Source of the DNA: Granulicella sp.
Lineage (GTDB): Bacteria; Acidobacteriota; Terriglobia; Terriglobales; Acidobacteriaceae
DNA: 63,273 nt
Direction of reading: 5' to 3'
NCBI GenBank assembly: GCA_027339965.1
Contig: DAHWNL010000066.1
Span: forward strand, 1 to 63,273
Part shown: positions 10,501-21,086 of the stretch, in pieces
Layout: each line of letters begins with the position of its first letter
Numbering within the stretch: position 1 is the first letter of the stretch
The notes under the pieces: model-generated
Seen by the model: the letters and a program-made list of their open reading frames with translations, nothing else
Told to the model about the DNA's origin: nothing
Databases searched by the model: none
Program-made: the position numbers and the translations under genes

Positions 10501-11475
10501 CTAACGTCGAACTCCCTTGGCCGCCGGGAGCGCCACGCGCTTGCCCACTGGCGCTCGCTTGGCGCGCCACTCCTGGTAGGCCACCAGCATCGGCGCCGCC
10601 ACCGCAATGGAGGAGTAGGTTCCAATGGTGATGCCAACCACCAGAGCGAAGGAGAACCCGCGCAGCACCTCGCCGCCGAAGACAAACAGACAGAGCACCG
10701 TCAGGAAGGTGAGCCCGGAGGACATCACCGTTCGGCTCAGGGTCTGGTTGATACTGCGATTGACCAGATCGGGCAGTTTGTCGCGCCGGCTCAAGGCCAG
10801 ATTCTCGCGGATGCGATCGAAGACGACGATGGTGTCGTTCATCGAGTAGCCCACCAGAGTCAGAAGCGCCGCCACCACAGTCAGGGTAATCTCCTGATTG
10901 GTCAGCGAAAAGAACCCGATGGTGATCAGCGTGTCGTGAAAGACAGCCACAACCGCCGCGACGCCATAGATTAGCTCGAAGCGGAACCATAGATAGATCA
11001 GCATGCCCAGCAGCGAGTAGAGGGTGGCCAACTCCGCCTCGTGGGTGAGTTGTTTGCCTGCCGTAGGCCCCACGATGTCTACCGCGACCACGCGGAAACC
11101 CGAGTCATGGTATCCGGCGCTCAAGGCTTGCTCCACCTCGCTCCGTCCCTGATCATGCGCTGTGTCCTGCGCAGAGGAGAGGGGCAGCGAGATGATCACC
11201 TTGTTGCCCACCATCTCGCCGCCCACATCGGAGATGCGCTCGATCGTCGGATCCTTGATCTGAGCCTGGGAGAGCGCCCTGCGGATCGCATCTTCATGCG
11301 GCGTGCTGTTGAACTGCACCGTAATATCGGTCCCACCCTTAAAGTCCACGCCCGTTGGAATGCCGTGCCAGAAGAAGATGCTGCACAGGCCGGCCACCGA
11401 GAAGATCAGGCTGAAACCAAGGAAGTACCACTTCTTTCCCAGCCAATCGATATTTGCGCTACGAAACAGTTCCAC
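10501..11475 (-). CDS. secF: Protein translocase subunit SecF
   Basis: GVDFKGGT and GYSMNDTIVVFDRIRE motifs. Confidence 0.96.
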   Translation of the reverse strand: MELFRSANIDWLGKKWYFLGFSLIFSVAGLCSIFFWHGIPTGVDFKGGTDITVQFNSTPHEDAIRRALSQAQIKDPTIERISDVGGEMVGNKVIISLPLSSAQDTAHDQGRSEVEQALSAGYHDSGFRVVAVDIVGPTAGKQLTHEAELATLYSLLGMLIYLWFRFELIYGVAAVVAVFHDTLITIGFFSLTNQEITLTVVAALLTLVGYSMNDTIVVFDRIRENLALSRRDKLPDLVNRSINQTLSRTVMSSGLTFLTVLCLFVFGGEVLRGFSFALVVGITIGTYSSIAVAAPMLVAYQEWRAKRAPVGKRVALPAAKGVRR

Positions 11476-11719
11476 GTCTCATTTCCTTCGCCCGCCCTGC
11501 AGGCTGCTGACGTCCTTGTCAGCCAAGAGTATCCGGCCCGCAACCTGCCGGGCCAACATCGAAACCAAACCTCTCTACGCTACCGGCTCCATCTTCAAAT
11601 CCGGCCAACTTTCTTCGCATCCGGCTTCCACTGCCAGGCTGCCGCATTCTTCTCCACACCGGCGGTTCCTTCTCGTCCTCTGTCCTCATCGGCGCTTTCC
11701 TCGGCCGCCCTTGCCCGGT

Positions 11720-13306
11720 CTAGATGGAAAGCTCCATGGTGCCGCGCGGCTTCTTCGTCAGCAGGAAATCGAAGATGGTGCGCGAAACAAAGACCGCCGT
11801 AAAGATGTTGGCCATCAGACCGATCGTCAAGGTAACGGCGAATCCCTTTACCGGACCGGAACCGAAGAGGAAAAGGATTGCCGCAGAAACGATCGTCGTG
11901 ACGTGAGTGTCAAAGATGGTGGTCCACGCATGGCCGAAGCCATCCTGCACCGCGGCTGCGGCCGTCTTGCCCAGCTTCAGCTCTTCGCGAACGCGTTCGA
12001 AGATCAGCACGTTGGAGTCCACCCCCATACCAATCGTCAGAATCACACCGGCGATGCCGGGCAGGGTGAGCGTGGCTCCAGAGAAGCCCATGAATCCCAA
12101 CAGAATCAGCAGGTTCAGAATCAGGGCCAGATTGGCGTTGACGCCCGCGCCCCTGTAGTAGATGAGCATGCAGATCATGACCACCAGAAGGCCCGAGATG
12201 GAAGCTACGACACCCTCATGGATGCTGGCCGCTCCCAGCGTCGGCCCCACGGTTCGGGTCTCCAAGTAGGAGATCGAGGCCGGCAGCGAGCCGGTGCGCA
12301 GCATCAGGCTTAGATCCTCCGCCTGCTGCTCGGTGAATCCGCCGGTGATGCGTCCCTGGTCTCGAATCGCGCTCTCAATGCCGGCGACCTCGCGCACCTG
12401 GTTATCCAGCACGATGGCCATCTGCCCCGTACCCTTGTTGGCGTCAGTGTACTTGTAAAACCGATCCCCGGCCTCCGTGGTCAGATCAAAGGTGATGTCC
12501 GGCCGCCCGTTCTCATCCGTGGAAGGCTGAGCATCGCGAAAGTCCGTGCCGGAGACGATGGCCAGGCGCTTCAGCAGATAGTACTGATCCGGCCCGCCTT
12601 CTCCGTTGTTGCCCGGCAAGAGTTCGTCCTCCGGTGGGATTCCGCCGGGATTCGCCTGCTGCGCCTCCGCCATGCTGCCATAGCTGCCTACCACCGCGTG
12701 AATCTCCAGCTTGGCCGTGGACTGAATGATGTTCTCCACGCGCCCCGGGTCGGAGACGCCCGGCAACTGGACCAGGATCTCGTTATCACCCAGGCCGTAC
12801 TTCTCGATCTGGGGCTCGCTGACGCCCAGGGTATTGACGCGCTGGCGAATCGTATCGATGGAGGTATCCAGCGCCCGCTCCTCAACGGCTGCGACCTCCG
12901 TGGGCCGCATGGTCATCTTGTATCCGCTGACACCGGTGGAGGTGACATCGTAACCGGCATACTCGGAGCCGGTAATGATGTCATGAATGGCGCTCTGCTG
13001 CGCCTCTGAGCCGCCCGAGATCGTAATGACCTCAGGGTGGTTCGGATCGAGCTTGGCCGCCGTGGCTCCCGTGGACGCCAGAGCCGTATTCAGAGCCTGC
13101 ACATCGCGGTCGGTCTCCGAGTTTACCGCCTCGATCACATGCACCTGCAACACCAGATGCGTTCCGCCCTTCAGGTCAAGACCCAGATTGATGCGCCGCT
13201 CCAGCGAGGCCTTCAATCCTCCATAGGGAACTCCGAAGATCCCATAGATGAAAATCACCAGGACCGCAATGATAGCGCCTGTTCTGCTGGCCAGATTCCT
13301 ACCCAT
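11720..13306 (-). CDS. secD: Protein translocase subunit SecD
   Basis: LGLDLKGG, TLTLPGIAGVILTIGMGVDSNVLIFERVRE and GPVKGFAVTL motifs. Confidence 0.96.
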   Translation of the reverse strand: MGRNLASRTGAIIAVLVIFIYGIFGVPYGGLKASLERRINLGLDLKGGTHLVLQVHVIEAVNSETDRDVQALNTALASTGATAAKLDPNHPEVITISGGSEAQQSAIHDIITGSEYAGYDVTSTGVSGYKMTMRPTEVAAVEERALDTSIDTIRQRVNTLGVSEPQIEKYGLGDNEILVQLPGVSDPGRVENIIQSTAKLEIHAVVGSYGSMAEAQQANPGGIPPEDELLPGNNGEGGPDQYYLLKRLAIVSGTDFRDAQPSTDENGRPDITFDLTTEAGDRFYKYTDANKGTGQMAIVLDNQVREVAGIESAIRDQGRITGGFTEQQAEDLSLMLRTGSLPASISYLETRTVGPTLGAASIHEGVVASISGLLVVMICMLIYYRGAGVNANLALILNLLILLGFMGFSGATLTLPGIAGVILTIGMGVDSNVLIFERVREELKLGKTAAAAVQDGFGHAWTTIFDTHVTTIVSAAILFLFGSGPVKGFAVTLTIGLMANIFTAVFVSRTIFDFLLTKKPRGTMELSI

Positions 13307-13423
13307 GGTCGCTTTGTTTCCTTAATCCCGGGGCTACTTTTGCTCTTCTCTTCCGGGTCTTGTAAATACTCCCAACTTCACTCTTTTGCCATAGCAAAGA
13401 CGATTGCGAAAGAGCCTCCCGCC

Positions 13424-13753
13424 TCAGGAGGTCTTGCCCGGATCCTCTTCCGTGGTGACGGCCGCAATCGAACTCTTGACAAACTCCAGTTTTACGCCGT
13501 CCGGCTGCGTCCGCAGGATCAGCACATCATCTTTTACGCTGAGAATCACACCCCGAATGCCGCCATTGGTGGTCACCCGATCACCCGGCTTAAGGGCCGC
13601 CAGCATCGCCGCCCAGGCTTTCTGCTTGCGCTGGTTGGGTGCGATGAGCAGAAAATACATGGCCACAAACATCAATAGCAGCAGCGGGATGCCGCCAAAC
13701 TGGCTCATGATCGATCCGCCACTCGCCACCATTGCCAAACCCGAAGCACTCAC
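13424..13753 (-). CDS. yajC: Preprotein translocase subunit YajC
   Basis: MYFLLIAPNQRKQK and LKPGDRVTTNGGIRG; directly upstream of secD. Confidence 0.93.
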   Translation of the reverse strand: MSASGLAMVASGGSIMSQFGGIPLLLLMFVAMYFLLIAPNQRKQKAWAAMLAALKPGDRVTTNGGIRGVILSVKDDVLILRTQPDGVKLEFVKSSIAAVTTEEDPGKTS

Positions 13754-14132
13754 GTCAACGTCCTAACCTGCGCGCCGGCGCATCCATCGTTTCGCCGGCC
13801 GCGGCTTCTTTGAAGCCTGAAGATGGGGGATTCTCGCTCGCCCGCAAGGCAAGCACCGGGTAAAGGGCAAGCACCGGAGACCCTCCGCAGCATGGGTAGC
13901 TCTCCCGGACACACGCCCGCAGACGCCCGTCAATCGCACCTGTGGATTAAGCATCGCGGAACGGGGGAGTGATGTCAAGGAATCGCAGGTGGGAGTCAAG
14001 GTGGGAATCGGACGCCGGCCCAGACCCGGCGACGTATTTCCCTTCGCCTCTGGCAGGAAACCCTGCGGCCATCCTGCGCCGCTGTGGCTCGACAAAAAGC
14101 TCCGCCGCGCTGCTCTGCGCTACCCTTTCCCC

Positions 14133-15629
14133 ATGCGACTCAAGCTCAGCGACGTACGCGCCGAACTGCCGCCGTTGCTTCATCTGGCCATTCCACTGAT
14201 CGCCGGCGAGCTTGGCTGGGTCTCCATGTCGCTGGTGGATACCGTCATGCTCGGGCACCTCCCCAACCCAGCCCTGGCCATGAGCGCGGCTGCTCTGGCT
14301 CAGGTCCCCTTCAACGTCGCCTGCTTCGGCCTCGGCGGCATTCTGCTCGGTCTGGACACGCTCATCTCCCAGGCCTTGGGCGCCCGGCGGCAGCATGAGG
14401 CCAACCGCTGGCTCTTCCACGGCATTCTGATGGCCGTCGCTCTCTCCGCCCTGCTCACCGTTCTGTTTGTCCTCACTCCGCTGCTGATGATGCGGCTGCC
14501 GGTCGACCGCGCCATCCTGGTCCAGGCTGCCCCGGCCCTGCAGGGCCTGAACTACGGAACGCTCCCCCTGCTCCTATACTTCACCCTGCGCCGCTATCTG
14601 CAGGCCCAGCACCATGGCCGCCCCATCGCCTTCGCTCTGGTCTCCGCCAATCTGGTGAACGCAGTCGGCGACTGGGCGCTGATCTTCGGCCATCAATTTC
14701 GCCTCGGCATCCTCACGCTGCGAATTCCGGCCTACGGCGTCACCGGCTCCTCCTGGGCGACCAGCTTCGCCCGTCTCTACCTGATGCTGGTTCTGCTGAT
14801 CGCGCTATGGAGCGGAGAACGTAAGCACCAGTATGGGCTTCGCGACAGCCTTCGGGGGCGCAATGCCGACGCCCAGGCGGCCACAGGTAGACTCGCTGGA
14901 CGCTCGGGAACCCCTGGAAGAGATAAGGACGGGCTGCGCGTCAACCGGAGAGCCAGCCTGGGGTGGTTCCAACTCTCGCACCTGCGCCAACTCTTCCTGC
15001 TGGGCGCGCCGGCCGGAGCCTCCATCCTCGCCGAGATTGGCATCTTTGCCCTGGTCACCTCGCTCATCGCCACCTTCGGCCCCCTGCCCCTGGCCGGTCA
15101 TGAGGTAGCGCTGCAGTGCGCCAGCACCACGTTCATGGTGCCCTTCGCCATCTCCGCGGCCACCTCCGTGCGCGTGGGCCACGCTATCGGACGCATGCGG
15201 ATCGGAGCCGCACGCGCGGGCAACGTGCTGGCCGCGGGCTGGAGCGGCATCGGCTCCGGGGCCCTGTTCATGCTCTGCGCCTCCGTGCTGCTGCTGACCT
15301 TCCCCAGCCGCATCGCCCACCTCTTCACTCCCAATCCGGAGGTCGTCTCCGCTGCTGTTCCTCTGCTACTCATCGCCGCCGGCTTCCAGTTCTTTGATGG
15401 CGTGCAGACCACCGCAACCGGTGCGCTGCGCGGCGTTGGCAATACCAGAACGCCGTTCCTGATTCAGCTCCTTGGTTACTGGGGCATCGGCATGCCGCTG
15501 GGCATCCTGCTGGGATTCCATGAGAAACTCGGCGCCGCCGGTCTGTGGTGGGGACTTCTGATCGCCCTCTCCTCCGCCGCCATCCTGCTCTGCCTGGTCT
15601 GGCGCCACAGCACACGCGCCCTCTCCTGA
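14133..15629 (+). CDS. MATE family efflux transporter
   Basis: VDTVMLGHL, LDTLISQALGA, ATSVRVG and FQFFDGVQ...GALRG motifs; start at ATG 14133. Confidence 0.92.
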   Translation: MRLKLSDVRAELPPLLHLAIPLIAGELGWVSMSLVDTVMLGHLPNPALAMSAAALAQVPFNVACFGLGGILLGLDTLISQALGARRQHEANRWLFHGILMAVALSALLTVLFVLTPLLMMRLPVDRAILVQAAPALQGLNYGTLPLLLYFTLRRYLQAQHHGRPIAFALVSANLVNAVGDWALIFGHQFRLGILTLRIPAYGVTGSSWATSFARLYLMLVLLIALWSGERKHQYGLRDSLRGRNADAQAATGRLAGRSGTPGRDKDGLRVNRRASLGWFQLSHLRQLFLLGAPAGASILAEIGIFALVTSLIATFGPLPLAGHEVALQCASTTFMVPFAISAATSVRVGHAIGRMRIGAARAGNVLAAGWSGIGSGALFMLCASVLLLTFPSRIAHLFTPNPEVVSAAVPLLLIAAGFQFFDGVQTTATGALRGVGNTRTPFLIQLLGYWGIGMPLGILLGFHEKLGAAGLWWGLLIALSSAAILLCLVWRHSTRALS

Positions 15630-16061
15630 AGCGCGATCGCGCACCCAAAATCTGCCAGCCGAGACAGCTTCACGCAAATCGTTGACGACCGCGGGATCGT
15701 GATGCGAGGCCCCTCCAGAGCAGGTGCGATAGAAATGCGGTCATCGGTTCCGGAACCAGGGTCGCGCTGCGCGCAGAGGCTTTCGCGTAGCCTGGACCAC
15801 GCTGGCGGAGCATTCAAGGTTCTTTCATGCGGGGCTGGGCCCTGAGCCAGACAAAGATGAGCAGAATGGCGAGGATGAAGACAAGCAAGCGCAGGGGAGC
15901 CAGAGCGCGGGTCTGAACGGACGAAGTGCTTGGCGTTGCGGATGGGGATGCGCCCGTCAAGCGGGGATGCGAGCCATGCGGCGGTGAAGTGCCCTCGGCG
16001 GAGGCCGAGGAAGCGCATGGGCGTCTCCAGAAGGACCCTGGCGATAAGAGAAGTCAGGCGC

Positions 16062-16193
16062 TAGAGCATTTTCAGTGTAAGTGTAAACAAACGCTTCGAC
16101 TTCTGTGAGCGTTTTCCCCAATGAAAACGGCACCGCACGCCCTCTCCGGTGTACCCATCAACACTGAAAACGCTCAACACTGAAAACGCTCTA
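16062..16193. repeat. Diverged copy of a 114-bp palindromic MITE-like element, with a 16-bp terminal duplication
   Basis: TAGAGCATTTTC...GAAAACGCTCTA termini; central GCGTTTTCCCCAATGAAAACG and ACCCATCAAC shared with the copies at 61614 and 62612. Confidence 0.8.
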
Positions 16194-16447
16194 AAACACG
16201 GTGGCGCTCCTCGCAGGAAGCATTCGGGTTCCGCAGCACCAGAGCACACGCGGACATTGGCGCGGCCAGCCCGAACGCAACCGCATGAATTTCCGTTGAA
16301 TGAAGGCATTGTCACCAAACCGTGAATGTTTTCATCCCGCCATCAACGGAATGTAACTTCTGCCCCTTAGCTTCGGAGTCGCGTGTCTCGATCGAGTCGA
16401 TCACAGACGGTCGTCACGCGCAGAATTCCAATTTGAGAGGACAGGGA

Positions 16448-19093
16448 ATGCGATATTTTCTGGAGCGGGTATTACTTTGCGTCTTTCTGCTGCTGATACA
16501 AGGCGGTCCCGCGCATGCGCAGGATGCAGCCACATTGCAGGGAACGGTGACGACAGTTTCCGGAGCGCCGCTGGGAGGCGTGAAGATTACGATTGTCAAC
16601 CTGGAATCGAAGGCGATTACGACGGTGACGAGCGAAAACAGCGGAGCATTTGAGGCTCCGAATCTGGTGGCGGGAAGTTACACGGTGACGGCCGGCCTGA
16701 GAGGGTTTGACGTGTTGACGAAGAATGGAATCGAGCTCGCCGCCGGGCAGAACCTGCCGGTGCATCTGGCGATGGTGATTTCATCAAATGCCGAGTCCGT
16801 GACGGTGACGGCCGATGCTTCCCCGGAGACTTCCGTGACGGAGGCTAAGATTTCCAACGCGGAGATGGAAGGCGTAGCCGGACCCTTCGGCAGCGCCGCG
16901 CAGGCCCTGACGGCCGCGCCCGGCATCTATGTGTACGGCTATGGCGGCGTCGCGCCGACGGCGCGCAGCGAGGTGGTGGTGCGCGGCATCAAGGCAGGGT
17001 GGTCGAGCGTGAACGGCGATGTGCTACGCAACGGAGTGACGTTTCTCTTCGACGGAATTCCGATGAACAACCTGATCTCCAACAATGGCCAATGGCAGAC
17101 CACGCAGATTCCGATCACGGATATGATTTCAAACATCGACGTGAGCTATGGACCGGGCGCACCCTCAAATCGCTGGTTTGACAGTATTGGCGGCACGGTG
17201 AACTATCTCCCGTTTCAGCCCAAGGGCACACCGGGGCCAGATCTGAAGGCCGGTGTGAGCATAGGGAGTTACAACACCTATATTGAACACTTTGTGGCGC
17301 GCAGCGGAAATTACAAGGGATGGTCTGGATTGCTGGCGTTCGGTTATGCGTCGAACGACACGTTCCGCACAGGAACAATCGGAATTCCAAAGTTCAATGC
17401 GCCTTCGTCGGGTTATGCCTCCCTGGTGAAGGTGGAGCATTTCTTCGATCGCGGGAGCCTGAGTTTCGGCTACTATCATGGGCGAAACACAGAGTTTCGC
17501 CCGAATTTCCTGCCTCTCGTTCCCATTACACCTGCGTCAAACAACAACTACGGCGACGCAGTGACGACCACGGGGCTCTACGGGCCGGATTCACAGCCGG
17601 GAACGGCAGTACCGGTCAATGCGCAGTACTATAGCCAGCAGACAAGCGGATTCTATTCCTCGCTGGCCGAGAATACCTGGTTCAAACAGATCAGGACTCA
17701 GAGCGACATCGTGTATTCCAAGCTGGAATTGGAGCTGTCGCCGCGAGTTACGATGCATAACTCGGAGTGGTTCAGGCACGGGTATCGCCTGCATAACCGA
17801 GTGGTGAACTTCTATGGGCCGAATTACACTGTGGGGCACGAATGGTATGACCCTGCCTCGAATGCGGTGGGTTCGCAATCTTCGGCGGATATCCAGGCTC
17901 CGCATAATCTGATCACGCTGGGCGGATACTGGATTCATCAGGAGTATCGCAATCCCGTGGCGCTCTTCAATCCGGGGCTGGGGACTTCCAAGACTGCGCC
18001 GGCGTTTTTCAACAGTGATCATCTTTATAACGACTACGGGTTCCTGTTTCTTCAGGATCGCATCGATCTGTTTCACGAGCGGCTGATCGTAACGCCCGGC
18101 TTGGCCGAGCAGCTTTTTCGTACGGAGTACTTCAACACCGGTCTGACGGATTTTCCGCTGGGGTCGCCGGGGAACGATCCGGAGCAGGCACCGAGCGCGA
18201 GCAAGAATTTCTCGCAGATTGCGCCGTCCATGGGTGCACAGTTCCGCCTGCTGAACTGGTTCACAATGCACGGCAACTATGCGGTGACGTATGAAAACCC
18301 AACGGACTCGGCTTTTGGCGCAAACCTGCCGACAAAGGGCGTGAATATCAGCTTGCTCAAAGCGGTGAAGAGCGATAACCGCGAGTTCGGATTTCTGGTA
18401 ACCAAGTGTCCATTCGTCTTTTTGGGAACCTGTTCTCTGGATGCGACGTACTTTCACGACAAGCTCAGCCATGTGAACGTCGTGACGCAGGTGGCGCAGC
18501 AGAGCACACCGTCCACGATCGCGCTGGCGTCGAGCGTGTACAACGGCGTTTCATTCAACTTTGACGAGTCACCGGGCCGGCATCTGCAGGTGCATGGCAA
18601 TGGCATTATTCAGCACGATTACTTTCTCTCGTATATTCCCAGCGGCTCGACCGTGAACTACGGAAGCTACCCAATCTCAAACTCTCCGCGCTACAGCTCC
18701 AACCTGGGACTGACATCGGCGTGGGAGTCTGGCGGCAAGATGATGGAGCTTACGCCCGGGCTGTGGTGGCAGTATGTTGGGCAGCGGTATCTGTTCAGCA
18801 ACCTGATTGCCGCGCCGACGGAGCAGTCTGTACCGGGGTATGGGGTGGTCAACTTCAATATGGACGGAAGGGTGGGCAGCGTGGGACAGATCTTCCACAT
18901 GAGGAGCGGACGCGGGATTCCGCTGCGGTTTTCGCTGGGTGTGGAGAACCTGCTGAATCGAAAGTACAATCCGACGGCGTACATCACGAGCGGCGGATAC
19001 TTTGGCACAAGCTTTGGCGGGTATACGCTGGTGGACCCGGGCGCACCGCGCGAGTACATCGTCTCAATCAATATCGGTGGGAAGAAAGGGTGA
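16448..19093 (+). CDS. TonB-dependent receptor with N-terminal carboxypeptidase-regulatory-like domain
   Basis: Signal peptide; LQGTV...GAPLGGV...GSYTVTA domain; ESVTVTA TonB-box-like segment; plug (DGIPMN); C-terminal GVENLLNRKY...GAPREYIVSINI. Confidence 0.9.
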   Translation: MRYFLERVLLCVFLLLIQGGPAHAQDAATLQGTVTTVSGAPLGGVKITIVNLESKAITTVTSENSGAFEAPNLVAGSYTVTAGLRGFDVLTKNGIELAAGQNLPVHLAMVISSNAESVTVTADASPETSVTEAKISNAEMEGVAGPFGSAAQALTAAPGIYVYGYGGVAPTARSEVVVRGIKAGWSSVNGDVLRNGVTFLFDGIPMNNLISNNGQWQTTQIPITDMISNIDVSYGPGAPSNRWFDSIGGTVNYLPFQPKGTPGPDLKAGVSIGSYNTYIEHFVARSGNYKGWSGLLAFGYASNDTFRTGTIGIPKFNAPSSGYASLVKVEHFFDRGSLSFGYYHGRNTEFRPNFLPLVPITPASNNNYGDAVTTTGLYGPDSQPGTAVPVNAQYYSQQTSGFYSSLAENTWFKQIRTQSDIVYSKLELELSPRVTMHNSEWFRHGYRLHNRVVNFYGPNYTVGHEWYDPASNAVGSQSSADIQAPHNLITLGGYWIHQEYRNPVALFNPGLGTSKTAPAFFNSDHLYNDYGFLFLQDRIDLFHERLIVTPGLAEQLFRTEYFNTGLTDFPLGSPGNDPEQAPSASKNFSQIAPSMGAQFRLLNWFTMHGNYAVTYENPTDSAFGANLPTKGVNISLLKAVKSDNREFGFLVTKCPFVFLGTCSLDATYFHDKLSHVNVVTQVAQQSTPSTIALASSVYNGVSFNFDESPGRHLQVHGNGIIQHDYFLSYIPSGSTVNYGSYPISNSPRYSSNLGLTSAWESGGKMMELTPGLWWQYVGQRYLFSNLIAAPTEQSVPGYGVVNFNMDGRVGSVGQIFHMRSGRGIPLRFSLGVENLLNRKYNPTAYITSGGYFGTSFGGYTLVDPGAPREYIVSINIGGKKG

Positions 19094-19115
19094 AAGAAAA
19101 GGCTGGACGATGGGC

Positions 19116-19151
19116 CGGGGATGAAGCCCGCTGGCTTCATCCCCGTTTTTT
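19116..19151 (+). terminator. Rho-independent terminator after the TonB-dependent receptor gene
   Basis: CGGGGATGAAGCC/GGCTTCATCCCCG 13-bp stem followed by a T-run. Confidence 0.85.
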
Positions 19152-19366
19152 CTGCCCTGTGCCGTCCCAATCCCAATGGTGGGCTATAAGTTTCTTTCTA
19201 GGCGTATGCTGCTACCGCGGCCTTGACAGCACCTCGGCGAAGATTGAATCGGGCCAGTTGAGAGCAAACGGCAGCGTCTATCGTCACGCCGGCAAGCACA
19301 GCGGTGCTCGTCCCAGAAGTCTCCGATGCTCGCGGGCCGGCAACTCAGAAGAGGAGAAAGTTCACC

Positions 19367-20386
19367 ATGACAGTTCTAGCTACAAGGTATGAATCGATGG
19401 AAACGGACAAGTTCCTACAACTGCACTTGGCGTTCGCCCCGTCACGCATCCTGATGGCGGCGCTGCAGCTCAGAGTGTTCTCCCACATTGCCGCCGGGAA
19501 CAACTCCGCAGCGGCCATCGCTCGCTCCGCCGGAGCCTCGGAGCGAGGCATGCGCATGTTGCTGGATGCGCTCGTGCCACTCGATCTGCTCGGCAAAGCA
19601 CACGGAGTCTATTCTCTTCCGCCCGCTTCCCAGCAGTATCTGGTTCACGAGAGTCCGGATTACCTGGGCTACATGATGGAAAACGAGGCGCTGTGGGCTG
19701 CCTGGAGCGATCTAACCGAATGTGTCCGTACCGGCAGGCCCTCAGCGGCGGTCAACCGGCGGGAGACAGCCGAGGAGTTCTTTCCCGTCCTGGTGCAGGG
19801 CCTGCACATCACTCATCGCGAGCCGGCGCGCCGCCTGGCGCGGGCACTTGAGTCAGGCGACTCCGGCCGCAGCCTCCAAGTGCTCGATGTGGCCTGCGGC
19901 TCCGGCGTTTGGGGTATCGCCATGGCGGAAGCCAACCCCCACGCTCACGTCACAGCGCTGGACTTCCCCAAGGTGCTGGATCTGACGCGGAAGTTCACGC
20001 TTCAGCACGGCGTGGAGAGCCAGTTTGATTTTCTCTCCGGCGACCTGAAGGAGACGGATCTGGGAGAGAGTCGATTTGATCTGGCGCTGCTCGGCAACAT
20101 CGTTCACTCGGAGGGCGAGCGCTCCTCGCGCCACCTCTTCACCCGGCTGCATCGGGCGCTGCGTCCCGGCGGCCGCGTCGCCATCCTGGACATGGTCCCC
20201 AACGATGACCGCACCGGACCCATGTTTCCGCTGATGTTCGCCCTGAATATGCTGGTCAACACCGACGAAGGAGACACCTATACCCTGGCCGAGTACTCCC
20301 AGTGGTTGCGCGAAGCCGGTTTTGCCCGAAGCGAACCTGTAGATCTCGGCCTGCACTCGCCGGTCATTGTCGCCAACAGGGAGTAA
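19367..20386 (+). CDS. SAM-dependent O-methyltransferase with N-terminal dimerisation domain
   Basis: VLDVACGSG motif I; N-terminal winged-helix segment; GNIVH. Confidence 0.88.
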   Translation: MTVLATRYESMETDKFLQLHLAFAPSRILMAALQLRVFSHIAAGNNSAAAIARSAGASERGMRMLLDALVPLDLLGKAHGVYSLPPASQQYLVHESPDYLGYMMENEALWAAWSDLTECVRTGRPSAAVNRRETAEEFFPVLVQGLHITHREPARRLARALESGDSGRSLQVLDVACGSGVWGIAMAEANPHAHVTALDFPKVLDLTRKFTLQHGVESQFDFLSGDLKETDLGESRFDLALLGNIVHSEGERSSRHLFTRLHRALRPGGRVAILDMVPNDDRTGPMFPLMFALNMLVNTDEGDTYTLAEYSQWLREAGFARSEPVDLGLHSPVIVANRE

Positions 20387-20606
20387 CGGCCACCTCAGCA
20401 GCCACCTGCGGAGAAGCTTGTCGAAACCCTGGATAAAAGGGCGTTAAGGTGCCTGCCGGCCAGTGCGGACGGCAGGCGTCTCCGGCTCGAACAGGAGCGC
20501 GCCGTTCGCGGTACAGACCGCAGCGCCCTTGCGGGGCGAACGCCGCGGTCATGGCGAATCTTTGCGCTTCCCTGCCCGGCCGGTCTACCAACGGCAGGCT
20601 GGGGAT

Positions 20607-20978
20607 TTACCTGGCGAAGATCCCGGCCAGGGACTCTCGCACACTCCAGGCTGTAAGTAGCCAGAGGACAACTACCACGGTCGCCAGCGGGAGACCGCTG
20701 GGAGCCATGAAGGAGTGAAAGAGCACGATGTTGACGATCACCGGCCCCAGCAGTACCAGCGCCAGGGCGACGTAGCGCCCCACCAGCAGAAGAATCCCGC
20801 CCAGCAACTGCAAAAGGAAGATCACCACCAGCATGTGGGAGACAAACAACGCGCCCATGAACTGCCCCGCTACACCGGACGGCGGAGGCATGGGAATGAA
20901 GTGCAGGAACCCATTGGCTCCAAAGACCAGAAAGATCAAGCCCAAGAGATACCGCGCAATCAAAGAGGCAACTTTCAT
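20607..20978 (-). CDS. DoxX-family membrane protein
   Basis: IARYLLGLIFLVFGANGF; four hydrophobic segments; VNIVLFH. Confidence 0.8.
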   Translation of the reverse strand: MKVASLIARYLLGLIFLVFGANGFLHFIPMPPPSGVAGQFMGALFVSHMLVVIFLLQLLGGILLLVGRYVALALVLLGPVIVNIVLFHSFMAPSGLPLATVVVVLWLLTAWSVRESLAGIFAR

Positions 20979-21086
20979 ACTTCATCTCCTTATCAACAGC
21001 TCAACAGCAAATTTCCTCGGCCCGCTTCCGTCAGGAAGTTTGCCCCTTCCGGACCACTCCTGTCCATAGCCCTGTTCGTCACAGGT

